DNA from: an uncultured Bacillota bacterium
GTDB lineage: Bacteria; Bacillota; DTU025; MWDF01
Length of the DNA: 64,000 nt
Assembly: GCA_963823655.1 (NCBI GenBank)
Contig: CAWGMK010000002.1
Coordinates: 32,001 to 96,000 of the forward strand
Reading direction: 5' to 3'
How positions within the stretch are numbered: the stretch's first letter is position 1; each line of letters opens with the position of its first letter. The position numbers and the translations under genes were made by a program. The notes below the pieces were generated by a model that ran no database searches, was not told the origin of the DNA, and worked only from the letters and a program-made list of their open reading frames with translations. This document shows, one piece after another, positions 21,945 through 31,790 of the stretch.

Positions 21945-22804
21945 TGCTGACGATCGAGGATTACAAGAGCCATGATCCAATCGCCTGGTGCCCGGGCTGC
22001 GGCAATTTCGGCATACTGGCGGCAATGAAGAAGGCCCTGGTAGCTCTTGAGTTGAGGCCGCAGGACATCTGCATGGTAAGCGGCATTGGGCAGGCCGCCA
22101 AGTTGCCCCACTACCTGAAGGGCAATGTGTTCAATGGCCTGCATGGGCGCACACTGCCGGTAGCCACCGGCATCCACCTTGCGAATCCCGAACTTAAAGT
22201 CATTGCAATCGGCGGCGACGGCGACGGTTACGCAGAGGGCGGAAACCACTTCCTTCATGCGCTCAGGCGCAACCCGCACATCACTTACATAGTCCATGAC
22301 AACCAGGTATTCGGCCTCACCAGGGGCCAGACTTCTCCCACAAGCGATGCCGGCTACGTCTCCACGACGACGCCGTGGGGCCAGATCGCAGGCTCCTTCA
22401 ACCCGATCGCCGTAGCAATCGCACTAGACGCGAGCTTCGTTGCAAGAGGCTTTGCTGGCAACATAGAGCAGCTTTCGCAGCTGATACAGGAAGGCATTCG
22501 CACCGAAGGCTTCGCCCTTATAGACGTGCTTCAGCCCTGCGTCACCTTCAACAAGGTCAACACCTTCAAGTGGTACAGCGAAAGGGTCTATAAGCTTGAG
22601 GAAGGGTATGATCCTCATGATCGCGCGGCCGCCTTCGCCAAGGCGTATGAGTGGGGGGACAGGATACCGACCGGCGTAATCTACCGAGGTTCGAGGGCTT
22701 CCTACTCGTCACTTCTAGCCAGCACAAGGCCCAAAGCCAATCCGGTTGGCTACATTCCCGACCCGATGACCATCGCGCCCCTAATCAAAGAACTTTCTGA
22801 TTAG
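21944..22804 (+). CDS. korB: 2-oxoacid:ferredoxin oxidoreductase beta subunit
   Basis: WCPGCGNFG, LHGR, GGDGD TPP motif, QPCVTFN. Confidence 0.92.
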   Translation: MLTIEDYKSHDPIAWCPGCGNFGILAAMKKALVALELRPQDICMVSGIGQAAKLPHYLKGNVFNGLHGRTLPVATGIHLANPELKVIAIGGDGDGYAEGGNHFLHALRRNPHITYIVHDNQVFGLTRGQTSPTSDAGYVSTTTPWGQIAGSFNPIAVAIALDASFVARGFAGNIEQLSQLIQEGIRTEGFALIDVLQPCVTFNKVNTFKWYSERVYKLEEGYDPHDRAAAFAKAYEWGDRIPTGVIYRGSRASYSSLLASTRPKANPVGYIPDPMTIAPLIKELSD

Positions 22805-23134
22805 CCAATAATTGGGATTCTGACATGCAAGCAGGGATGGTATGGAAAACCAAGCATATTTATATATTTCGATTTATATGGTAACTTGTTTACAAAGCAG
22901 CTGATACTCATTGGAGGGGAAGTGAGAGAAGGCACAATTTGAAGCCAATAGGATTCCAAATCTCTGACCAACTGGAGCGAAAAAGAGAAACGCAGAATTC
23001 CAATCAGCGCTTATTGCAGCGGAAACCGCATATGAAATCGGTATAGGCAGCTTGTAGGGCGTACAACAGAAATCCAGGGATTGGTGCTTGGTTCTCAGTA
23101 GCGAAAAGTATCTAAAGAGCATTTGGAGGAACAT

Positions 23135-24529
23135 ATGGTTATTTTATATACGATAATCAACATCGTAGCCCTTGCCGTATGCATCGGAATCGTGCTGAGG
23201 ATGCAGTCCAAGAGAGCGTCCTTCACGAAGCGCGTCCTGGTAGCCCTTGGCTTTGGCATAGTTCTGGGGCTTGCCATGCAGTTCGCTTTCAGGGGCCAAA
23301 AAGAGGTCCTGGACAGCACATTGCCCTGGTACGGGCTGGTCGGTAACGGTTATGTAGCATTGCTTCGCATGATAGTCATCCCTTTGGTCATGGTTTCCAT
23401 CATCTCAGCCATATTAAAGCTTAAAGACGCGAAGAACCTGGGCAAGATGAGCATGAGCGTAATCCTCACGCTCGTTCTTACGGCAGGCTTGGCAGCGATG
23501 GTAGGAGAGGTATCTGCCCTTGCGTTCGGACTTGACGCGAGAGAGCTGACCCTGGGGACCGCGGAAACGCAAAGGGCGGCCGTGCTCCAGCAGACTACGG
23601 CGCAGGCCAATACGTCTTTGCCTGATAAGATACTGGAGATCATACCCACGAATCCATTCAAGGACATGACAGGGGCCAGGAACACCTCCACGCTGGCCGT
23701 GGTCGTATTCTCCGGCTTCATCGGACTTGCCACTTTGGCGATACGCAAAAAGAATCCGGCAGAGGCTGATTTCGTCCAGAAGCTGGTCGACGCGTCCTAT
23801 GCCGTGACGATGCGCATAACGACCATGATCCTGAAGCTGACCCCATATGGCGTTATGGCCCTGATGGCCTCGATGATCGCTGGCACGGATTTCTCGGCAA
23901 TCGTGAACCTTGCGAAGTTCGTGATCGCCTCCTACACCGCAATCATCGTGATGTTCACCATCCATCTCTTCATACTGGCGCTTTTCAAGTACAATCCGTG
24001 GACATACATAAAGAAGGCATTCCCCACGCTCGCCTTCGCGTTCACGTCCCGCACCAGCCTGGGGACATTGCCGATGACAATAGAGACACAGACCAAGAAG
24101 CTTGGCATATCCGACGCAATCGCCAACTTCTCGGCAACGTTCGGCATAGCGATAGGCCAGAACGGCTGCGCCGGCATTTATCCTGCTATGTTGGCAGTCA
24201 TGATAGCGCCGACGGTAGGGATCAACCCCTTCAACATAGGCTTCCTGCTCACAGTGGCGCTTGTTACGGCGATTAGCTCGTTTGGAGTCGCCGGAGTCGG
24301 CGGCGGGGCCACCTTCGCAGCGCTTATCGTACTGTCTGCCCTGAACCTACCCATAGCTCTAGCAGGCCTTCTTATATCGATCGAGCCGCTAATAGACATG
24401 GGCCGTACGGCTTTGAACGTTTCCGACGCCTTTGTCGCGGGGGCTGTTTCTGCACGGATACTTAAGGAAGTGGACATGAAAGTCTACGACAACCTCAAGT
24501 CCGATACAGAGATTGCAGAAACGGTATGA
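23135..24529 (+). CDS. tcyP: L-cystine symporter, dicarboxylate/amino acid:cation symporter family
   Basis: VGNGYVALLRMIVIPL, FAFTSRTS, IGQNGCAGIYPAML, SFGVAGVGGGATFA, IEPLIDMGRTALNV. Confidence 0.85.
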   Translation: MVILYTIINIVALAVCIGIVLRMQSKRASFTKRVLVALGFGIVLGLAMQFAFRGQKEVLDSTLPWYGLVGNGYVALLRMIVIPLVMVSIISAILKLKDAKNLGKMSMSVILTLVLTAGLAAMVGEVSALAFGLDARELTLGTAETQRAAVLQQTTAQANTSLPDKILEIIPTNPFKDMTGARNTSTLAVVVFSGFIGLATLAIRKKNPAEADFVQKLVDASYAVTMRITTMILKLTPYGVMALMASMIAGTDFSAIVNLAKFVIASYTAIIVMFTIHLFILALFKYNPWTYIKKAFPTLAFAFTSRTSLGTLPMTIETQTKKLGISDAIANFSATFGIAIGQNGCAGIYPAMLAVMIAPTVGINPFNIGFLLTVALVTAISSFGVAGVGGGATFAALIVLSALNLPIALAGLLISIEPLIDMGRTALNVSDAFVAGAVSARILKEVDMKVYDNLKSDTEIAETV

Positions 24530-25863
24530 AGATATTGATAGTAGGCGGCGTGGCGGCGGGAATGAGCGCCGCTGCCAGGGTGAAAAGGAACCTGAAGGAT
24601 GCCGAAGTAATAGTCCTCGAGCAGAGCGGCGACGTGTCCTGGGGAGCCTGCGGCCTGCCCTATTACGTCGGCGGCTGGTTCGATGACCCGAACTTCATGA
24701 TAGCAAGGACCGCCGAGCAGTTTCGCGAATCGGGCATCGAAGTCCGTATCCACAATCGCGTATTGAGCCTGGATCATGCCGCAAAAAAGGTCAGGGTCAA
24801 GAACCTGCAGACCGGGGCCGAATACGACGAGAGCTTCGATCAGCTGATGATCGCGACCGGCGGCAGCCCCATTCTCCCCGAACACCCAGGAATTGGCCTT
24901 GGCAACATCATGCCGCTAACAAGGCTCGATGACGGGGAGAAGCTTAAGAAGCTGCTGCAGGACCCTGCGATCAAGAACGTTGCCATAATCGGCGCCGGCT
25001 TCATCGCGATAGAATCTGCGGAAGCCTGCGCGCATATGGGCAAATCTGTGCGGATGATCCAGCACAGCGACAGAGTGCTAAGAAAGCTCTTCGACAAGGA
25101 AGTCACCGACGTCGTTGAGAAGTCACTGGTTAGAAACGGCGTCCAGCTTCACCTTTCCGAGAACGTGGTCTCATTCATAGGCAAGGACTGGCGCGTGGAC
25201 GAAGTCGTCACGGATAAGGGACGCTATCAGGCGGAACTTGTGATCGTGGCGATAGGCATAAAGCCCAACACGGCATTTTTGGCGGGAAGCGGACTTGAGA
25301 TGATGCCCAATGGGGCGATAATCGTCGACAACACGGGGAGGACTAATCTTGATTTTGTCTTCTCCGCCGGCGACTGCGCCACCGTGCCGCTTGCCTACGA
25401 CGGAAGGGCTGAGTACGTGCCGCTTGCGACCGGCGCCAACAAGCTTGGCCGCGTCGTAGGAGACGCCATGGCGGGCAAGGGAACAAGATACCCTGGCAGC
25501 CTGTCATCAGTATGTATAAAGGTATTCGACATCGAGGCGGGCCGCACTGGCCTTTCCGAGAGGGACGCGACGAAGATGGGTATAAGCTTCAAGAGCGTCT
25601 TCATAACCGACAAGAACCACACGAACTACTGGCCCGGCCAGGAAGAGATATCCATAAAGCTGATCTATGATCCGGCTACGCGCAAATTGCTGGGCGGGCA
25701 GATCGTCGGAGGGTCGGGATCGGTCCTGCGCACAGACGTGCTTGCCGCAGCCATCACAGGCGGCCTTACCGTTGAGCAGCTGGGAATGATGGACCTCTGC
25801 TATGCACCCCCGTTCTCAAGGACCTGGGACGCCCTCAACGTGGCCGGCAATGTAGCAAAATAG
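24526..25863 (+). CDS. cdr: CoA-disulfide reductase / NADH oxidase family flavoprotein
   Basis: GGVAAGMSAA, SWGACGLPY redox Cys, GAGFIA, AGDCA, PLATGANK, CYAPPFS. Confidence 0.85.
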   Translation: MKILIVGGVAAGMSAAARVKRNLKDAEVIVLEQSGDVSWGACGLPYYVGGWFDDPNFMIARTAEQFRESGIEVRIHNRVLSLDHAAKKVRVKNLQTGAEYDESFDQLMIATGGSPILPEHPGIGLGNIMPLTRLDDGEKLKKLLQDPAIKNVAIIGAGFIAIESAEACAHMGKSVRMIQHSDRVLRKLFDKEVTDVVEKSLVRNGVQLHLSENVVSFIGKDWRVDEVVTDKGRYQAELVIVAIGIKPNTAFLAGSGLEMMPNGAIIVDNTGRTNLDFVFSAGDCATVPLAYDGRAEYVPLATGANKLGRVVGDAMAGKGTRYPGSLSSVCIKVFDIEAGRTGLSERDATKMGISFKSVFITDKNHTNYWPGQEEISIKLIYDPATRKLLGGQIVGGSGSVLRTDVLAAAITGGLTVEQLGMMDLCYAPPFSRTWDALNVAGNVAK

Positions 25864-25907
25864 GCAATGGCCGCATTCGCCTTACCGTACCGAAAGGAGG
25901 CACTTAA

Positions 25908-26153
25908 TTGATAAACAGACATTCTATAGTCCTTTTCATTGTATTAGTAGCGATGGGTTTCGGATTGTTCACGATGGTGGGCTTCCAGAGGAAGAACGCC
26001 ATAGCGCCGGTCGCCTCGACCGGAGGCGGACTGGTAGTCAATGTAGGGTCCGGCATTGTTCCTTCGACAACCGTGACCAACGATGGCAGCGGCGCAACAA
26101 CGGCGCCCGTTGTCGACGACGCGGCGGCTGCGGACGGCGCGGCTTGCCCGTAA
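25908..26153 (+). CDS. Small membrane-anchored protein with low-complexity linker and C-terminal AACP
   Basis: AAGGAGG RBS before TTG; N-terminal TM; Thr/Ala/Gly/Val linker; single penultimate Cys. Confidence 0.6.
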   Translation: MINRHSIVLFIVLVAMGFGLFTMVGFQRKNAIAPVASTGGGLVVNVGSGIVPSTTVTNDGSGATTAPVVDDAAAADGAACP

Positions 26154-26202
26154 GAGCAAATAAACTGATTTACGGTAAGCAACAAGAAAGGGGAACAGGA
26201 AA

Positions 26203-27555
26203 ATGACGAAAAGCTTGACTAGAGCGATTATTCTGGTGCTGTGTTTGGGCTTACTCGGAGCTAGTGTCTGGGCAATTGAGGCCCCTGCGAAGAGCATAAA
26301 CGCGACTTACCAGTTCTTCAACAGCGCAAACTTCTCCCATCTCACAGACCCTGATCCGGTGTTTAGAACCGTATCGTACGACCAGCTCATAAAGCTGTTC
26401 GAAAGCGACGGGACGTATATGATACTCTTCGGCGGATCATGGTGCGGCAATACCCAGGCGGTCATCGCCCAGATCAACGACGTCGCCAAGGAATATGGTG
26501 TTGAGGCTATCTACAACTTCGACTTCAAACTGGACGGCGCGTCGATGCACATCCGCGACACGAAGAACCCCTATGCCAACCTCTATGTGGACCTTGTGCA
26601 GAAGTATCTGCCCAACATCGTCACTTTGTATGACAAGAACGTCAACGGCGTAAGCTATGTAAAAGCTGACGGCACGACGGCATTGGCCAACAAGCTCCAG
26701 GTGCCGTTCCTATTCCTGTACAACAAGAACAGCGTCGGCGCCGACGGCAAGCCCGCCCCCATAATGGCCTCTTTCGAGAAGATGCTCACATGGGCGAAGG
26801 ATTTCCAGACCAACGGAGTCGACGATCCTGCCAAGATAGAAGCCTACAAGAAGGAAATCCGCCCGCTCTTCGACATTGTCGCGACAAAGACGCTGCTTGG
26901 CAAGAAGACGGCCAAACTGGACACCTTCACGGACTTCGAGTACTTCAGCACCGCATTCAACGCCAAGGCGAAGACCACGATACTAGACGCGAAGGATGAG
27001 CCCTGGGTAATGCAGACCGTCTCATACTTCGAGCTCACGAAGATACTTGAAAGCCCCGGCAACTTCGTCTTCATGTTCGGCGGCCCCTGGTGCGGAAACA
27101 CCCAGGCTGTCGTAAAGCTCGTGAACGAGTATGCGAAGAAGTACAACATTTCGAAGATCTATACATGGGATACCAAGCTCGATTCCAACGTCTTGCAGAC
27201 GCGCGACACGAAGAACGCATACGCCAAGATGTATGTGGACCTCGTCAGGAAGTACTTCCCCGGAATCGAAACGGTCTATGCATTGGATAAGAACAACGTT
27301 TCCTACACTGACGCGTCCGGCGCCGTAATCGCGGCCAACAAGCTGCAGGTCCCGTACGTATTCGTGTACAACAAGGACAGGAAGGACGCAGCAGGCAATC
27401 CTGATCCCATCCTTGGCCAGATAGAGCTCATGTACAGCTGGGAGAACATCCAGCCCGGCTACGTCGACAAGGACGGCAAGACCGGAGTCAACTACAAGAA
27501 CTACACGGCAGCCCTTGACGCGCTCTTCGGCCAGCTGGCTGCCATTGCGAAGTAA
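26203..27555 (+). CDS. Secreted protein with two tandem thioredoxin-fold domains (WCGNT motifs)
   Basis: Signal peptide; internal duplication FGGSWCGNTQAV / FGGPWCGNTQAV, each followed by ANKLQVP (cis-Pro-like). Confidence 0.7.
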   Translation: MTKSLTRAIILVLCLGLLGASVWAIEAPAKSINATYQFFNSANFSHLTDPDPVFRTVSYDQLIKLFESDGTYMILFGGSWCGNTQAVIAQINDVAKEYGVEAIYNFDFKLDGASMHIRDTKNPYANLYVDLVQKYLPNIVTLYDKNVNGVSYVKADGTTALANKLQVPFLFLYNKNSVGADGKPAPIMASFEKMLTWAKDFQTNGVDDPAKIEAYKKEIRPLFDIVATKTLLGKKTAKLDTFTDFEYFSTAFNAKAKTTILDAKDEPWVMQTVSYFELTKILESPGNFVFMFGGPWCGNTQAVVKLVNEYAKKYNISKIYTWDTKLDSNVLQTRDTKNAYAKMYVDLVRKYFPGIETVYALDKNNVSYTDASGAVIAANKLQVPYVFVYNKDRKDAAGNPDPILGQIELMYSWENIQPGYVDKDGKTGVNYKNYTAALDALFGQLAAIAK

Positions 27556-27614
27556 GGCATGACGGCCTGATTCCGTAAAGCAGTCTTAAGAAACCGACTA
27601 GTTGCATAAGAGAA

Positions 27615-27655
27615 AAGGCTTGGTCCCTCATTTGGAAGGGGCCAAGCCTTATTTT
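27615..27655. terminator. Bidirectional terminator
   Basis: AAGGCTTGGTCCCT / AGGGGCCAAGCCTT with A and T flanks. Confidence 0.75.
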
Positions 27656-27733
27656 CGCCGCCATATGCGAGTCTGCTTGCGCAGTGGGTTAATAGAAAAG
27701 AGAAAGCAGGATAACCTGGCAATTTCTACGGTA

Positions 27734-28201
27734 TCAGGCACCTAAAGAATCCAAAAGGGACATGAGCTCATCGTTTCCGGGGATGTCCTCCATGGAATGT
27801 CCGTAATGGACGTAGCGCAGCATGCCGCCTTTGTCGATGATCATCTGCGCCGGCATGCGCCCCAGCTTGAACAGGTTCACCTTCTGCCCGTATAGCTTGA
27901 GTACCACATGTTTCTCATCCGGAAGTCCTATGAAGGGCAGGTTATTCTTCTTCCAGTATGCTTTGAAGGCCGTCGCATCCTCTGGCCCGATTACAACAAT
28001 GGCCGCATCTTTCGCCTCGAAAGCCGTAAAATCCTGATGCAACTGCATCATGTGCTTCTGGCAGAATGGTCACATAAACCCCCTGTTGAGCACCAGAACA
28101 ACATGCTTTTGCCCCTTAAGGCCGGAAAGCCGGAACGCATTGCCTTCGAAATCCGCAAGCGTAAAGTCCGGCGCCGGTTCGTTTACAGCAATGCTTGCCA
28201 T
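27734..28201 (-). CDS. AhpC/TSA peroxiredoxin-like selenoprotein (UxxC; UGA at codon 44)
   Basis: GGAGG RBS, MASIAVNEPAPDFTL...VLVLNRGFM-TGA-PFCQKHMMQL in one frame; ORFs 28070..28438 and 27734..28051 are in frame. Confidence 0.85.
28035..28072 (-). promoter_or_regulatory. Putative bacterial SECIS element
   Basis: UGA, 19 nt, then hairpin UGAUGC-AGUU-GCAUCA with GU in the apical loop. Confidence 0.65.
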
Positions 28202-28248
28202 CTTGTCCTCCTTAGCTAATCTCGTAAGACGTCTTCGCCACTGGGCTA

Positions 28249-28464
28249 CTAGTATCTCGATACCCAGACCAGGAACGCGATTATCGCTGCTACGAAGAGC
28301 CAGGAGACGGGGTTTGCGAAGTTGAGCGTCCTGCCGAAGCCATAAGGCTTGGGGACGAAGATGTTCGCATCTTCCTTGTTGAAATAGATGAAGGAGTTCG
28401 TCTTCTTCCTGTATTCCGCTACTTCCTGTGCGGACCACTTTCTATCGGCCATGATAATACGCAC
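28249..28464 (-). CDS. DUF5808-like small membrane protein
   Basis: YFNKEDANIFVPKPYGFGRTLNFANP followed by a TM. Confidence 0.75.
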   Translation of the reverse strand: MRIIMADRKWSAQEVAEYRKKTNSFIYFNKEDANIFVPKPYGFGRTLNFANPVSWLFVAAIIAFLVWVSRY

Positions 28465-28543
28465 CTTTCTTCCAAGCTAAATCAAGTTGCCACCTAATTC
28501 AATCATATCCGCCTTGCGCAAATAAACAATGGTTCGAAATCAA

Positions 28544-28584
28544 GGGCGGAGGTGACGCTGATCTGCGATCTGCAACCTCCGCCC
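28544..28584 (-). terminator. Stem-loop downstream of tyrS
   Basis: GGGCGGAGGT / ACCTCCGCCC. Confidence 0.55.
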
Positions 28585-28636
28585 TCAATAGGCAATATCT
28601 ACTTGATATGTTCTATTATCAGCCCACGGGATCCGG

Positions 28637-29899
28637 TCAGCCCTTCAGCTCGATCTTCAGGAAATTCTTCTTTCCCCTCTTGGCTATCACATAACCCTTT
28701 TCGAAGTGAGAAAGGCTCAGCGTGTGGTCAATATCGGAGATCTTCTCGCCGTCTATCATGAGGGCATTCTGGTCTATCATCCGCTTTACCTCGGACTTCG
28801 AGGGAAGGAACCCCACTTCTACAAGCAGGTCTACTACCTTCACGCCGCCGTCGACCAGATTCCTGCCCACCTGGACGCTTGGAAGGTTGTCCACGTTCTC
28901 ATTGGTGCCGAAGAGGGTGGAGACCGCATCTACTACCTTGTCCGCCTCCTCCTGGCCGTGTACGAGCTTTGTGATCTCGTAGGCCATGAGCCTCTTCGCG
29001 GCTAGGATGTCCTTCTCGCACACCGACTTTATATAGTCCAGATCGAGCCTTGTGAACAGCCTGAGAAGGAGCTCTACGCTTGAATCCTCGACATTGTAGA
29101 AGTACTGGTGGAAATCGAAGGGGGTGGTCTTCTCCCTGGCGACCCACAAGGTGCCGCTTTCGGTCTTGCCCATCTTCTTGCCTTCCTTTGTCATAAGCAA
29201 TGGACAGGTCAGGCCGAAGAGGTCCTTTTCGTAGTCTCCCGCGTCCTCCTCGATGTTGTTCAGCTTCCTGTTGAGCATGGAGCCGGCCACGATGTTGCCC
29301 CACTGGTCGCTGCCGCCGATTTGCATGGTGCAGCCGTAATCCCTGTTGAGGCGCACGAAATCGTATGCTTGCATCGGCATGTAGGCCATTTCAAGGAAGG
29401 TCAGCCCGCCCTCCTTGATCCTTGTGGCATAGGTCTCCGCCGAGAGCATCCTGTTGATGTTGAAATGTATGCCTATGTCGCGCATGAAATCTATATAGCT
29501 GTAAGCGCAGATCCAATCCGCGTTGTTGGTAATGATGGCGGCGTTGTCGCCTGTCGTTATGATGAACTTCTTGGCAAGCTCTTTTACCTCTTCCAGGTTG
29601 GCCGCTACCTTCTCCTTTGGAAGCATCTTGCGCATATCGCTCTTGCCGCTGGGATCTCCCACCAGGGCAGTGGCACCGCCCACGAGCAGTATGCCCTTGT
29701 GGCCGGCGTCTTGTAGATGGCGGAACATCATAAGCGCGAAGAAGTGGCCGATATGAAGGCTGTCGGCTGTGGGGTCTATGCCTAGATAGAATACGGTCGG
29801 TTCGCCATCTATCAGCTTCTTGATCCTCTCCGGGTCGGTAGCCTGGTAGATGAAGCCGCGCTCCTTCAGGGCCTCGTATGTGCTGTGATTGCTGCTCAT
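28637..29899 (-). CDS. tyrS: Tyrosine--tRNA ligase
   Basis: YLGIDPTADSLHIGH, GDPSGK, QIGGSDQWGNI, KMGKT, C-terminal S4-like domain. Confidence 0.97.
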   Translation of the reverse strand: MSSNHSTYEALKERGFIYQATDPERIKKLIDGEPTVFYLGIDPTADSLHIGHFFALMMFRHLQDAGHKGILLVGGATALVGDPSGKSDMRKMLPKEKVAANLEEVKELAKKFIITTGDNAAIITNNADWICAYSYIDFMRDIGIHFNINRMLSAETYATRIKEGGLTFLEMAYMPMQAYDFVRLNRDYGCTMQIGGSDQWGNIVAGSMLNRKLNNIEEDAGDYEKDLFGLTCPLLMTKEGKKMGKTESGTLWVAREKTTPFDFHQYFYNVEDSSVELLLRLFTRLDLDYIKSVCEKDILAAKRLMAYEITKLVHGQEEADKVVDAVSTLFGTNENVDNLPSVQVGRNLVDGGVKVVDLLVEVGFLPSKSEVKRMIDQNALMIDGEKISDIDHTLSLSHFEKGYVIAKRGKKNFLKIELKG

Positions 29900-30373
29900 T
29901 TTTCTCTCCGTTCCTCGCGGGCCAAGCGGTTTTTCTAAAGTATGCGACCGGCAAATTGAATAAATGGCTGCCTGCTCCCGCGCATCGGTCTTGCCGCTAA
30001 TCTCTATTCTAGCAATCCGTTAAGTCGATTGTAATTAGAACGGGAGAAAGAATAAAGGAATATCCTAAGAACTGCTCATGAATCTGCGGACGAACAGGTG
30101 CGGCAACACGGACCAAATATCGGTCCACGACTTGAGGGAGCCTATATTCGAGCTTGTGCGCGCAGACCGACAAAGGAACTTGAAATGGCCTTTGGAAGGC
30201 ATTTCTTGTTGCAGATTATGATTATTTCTGAAAAGTGCCATCAAACGTCTATAAAACATTAAAATAATTATTATATAATATATGCAAATAAATGTGCGAA
30301 ATAAGTAGTACAATAGGATTATCAGTTATGGAGCTAATCAGACTGAGAATAATATGTAGGAAGAGGAAAACAC

Positions 30374-30742
30374 ATGAGTTCAGAATTTGGAAACGGTATG
30401 AAGAATTTCGCGGTTGGTGCTGGAATTGGCCTGGGCTTAGGCGTAATTGCAGGCATACTGCTCGCGCCCAAGTCGGGGAAAGAAACGCTAAACGACTTCT
30501 CTAACGGGGCAAGGCGGATAGCCGAGACGGCCAAGAAAGATATGAACAACGTCGAGAAACAGATAATGGACAAGGTGGATAGCATCAGCGGGGCGATCTC
30601 GAAGATGGAGAGGAACACTAAGGACGGAATGGCAAGAGGAATTAGGAAAGCCTCGGATGTTGCGGAAGAGACTGTAGACGCTGCAAAGGCAGGCATTGAC
30701 AACCTGGTCAAAGGCGTAGAGAAGCTGCAGGCTAACAACTAA
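30374..30742 (+). CDS. YtxH domain protein
   Basis: GAGIGLGLGVIAGILLAPKSGKET followed by coiled coil. Confidence 0.85.
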   Translation: MSSEFGNGMKNFAVGAGIGLGLGVIAGILLAPKSGKETLNDFSNGARRIAETAKKDMNNVEKQIMDKVDSISGAISKMERNTKDGMARGIRKASDVAEETVDAAKAGIDNLVKGVEKLQANN

Positions 30743-30784
30743 TAGGTGCCCGTGGCCTTCGCCCGGACTCTTGGAGGAATTTCA

Positions 30785-31183
30785 ATGTTCATAAGCTTTC
30801 TCGACGTATTAAGTATCCTGGCAATATGCATAGGAGCGGTTGCTGTAATCTACATCGTCATCGCCTTGAATCACTTCATAGGGTTTTTCAAGAGGCTTAA
30901 TGGGATTCTAGATGCGAACAGAGTCAGCATAGACTCTGCAATCATTGCGCTGCCTGCAACAATAGAAAATCTTAACGGGGCAGTGAAAAGCATCAATGAA
31001 TTCACAAAAAAAGCAGGCGTGGTTGCTAATTCCGTCGATAATGTTGTATCCAACGCTATATCGGTAGTCAGCAATACGACTGCCGGCATCCTGAGCATCG
31101 GAAGAACGGCAACCGAGGCGGCAAAGTACTCTATGAGGCTATTCAATAGAAAGCCCGGAAACGACGAACAGGGCAACAGATAA
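30785..31183 (+). CDS. DUF948/YtxG-like membrane coiled-coil protein
   Basis: N-terminal TM plus heptad-like region; adjacent to YtxH; GGAGG RBS. Confidence 0.6.
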   Translation: MFISFLDVLSILAICIGAVAVIYIVIALNHFIGFFKRLNGILDANRVSIDSAIIALPATIENLNGAVKSINEFTKKAGVVANSVDNVVSNAISVVSNTTAGILSIGRTATEAAKYSMRLFNRKPGNDEQGNR

Positions 31184-31538
31184 GAGCTAGGCTATGGCGT
31201 CGTTCATGAGCGCCTATGTTGGACATTTGCATGGGAAACTGGCGACGCCAATATATTGGGTCTGGCCATCGATAATTCATTAATGATTTGCCGAATGAGG
31301 CTATTTGGCAGGAGTGATATGAGCTGCGAAGGAGAAAGGTGAATATAAATCAGGTTTAAATACGAGCCGATCTCAATTTTTCATCGAAGTCTGATAGATT
31401 TTCGCTCCAGTTGCAGATGCAATAAATAGTGCAAATAAAATTGCATTAGATTATTGTGGCAATTATTTATAGTATTATGTATTATGAAATAAGAATGTAT
31501 ATTCACTGACTATGAGGTGCACGAAATGATAATTCGCC

Positions 31539-31790
31539 TTGAAATCCATTGTGTCGAATTCCGAGATAATCAAGAACTACCGAACTTGCAGAGACAAGGC
31601 CCAAAGCTTGGGAAAGGTTTTCATATTCAAAAACAACAAGGCAGACGCCGTGTTGTTCTCAATAGCCGAATATGAGAAGCTGTCGGAAATAATAGAATAT
31701 ATCGATGGACTGGAAAATCCGGTCTCCATTGATGATCTAAAGATACGGATAAATGAAAGCATCGAAAAGGCGAATCCAGAAAAGAGCTGA
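31539..31790 (+). CDS. Phd/YefM antitoxin-like protein (solo, copy 1)
   Basis: SIVSNSEIIKNY...GKVFIFKNNKADAVLFSIAEYEKL; true start may be ATG 31526 with a 1-nt error. Confidence 0.75.
   Translation: MKSIVSNSEIIKNYRTCRDKAQSLGKVFIFKNNKADAVLFSIAEYEKLSEIIEYIDGLENPVSIDDLKIRINESIEKANPEKS

Noticed and set aside
22805-23134. SAM or Cys T-box leader before the cystine transporter
   Set aside because: No S-box core or T-box motif visible
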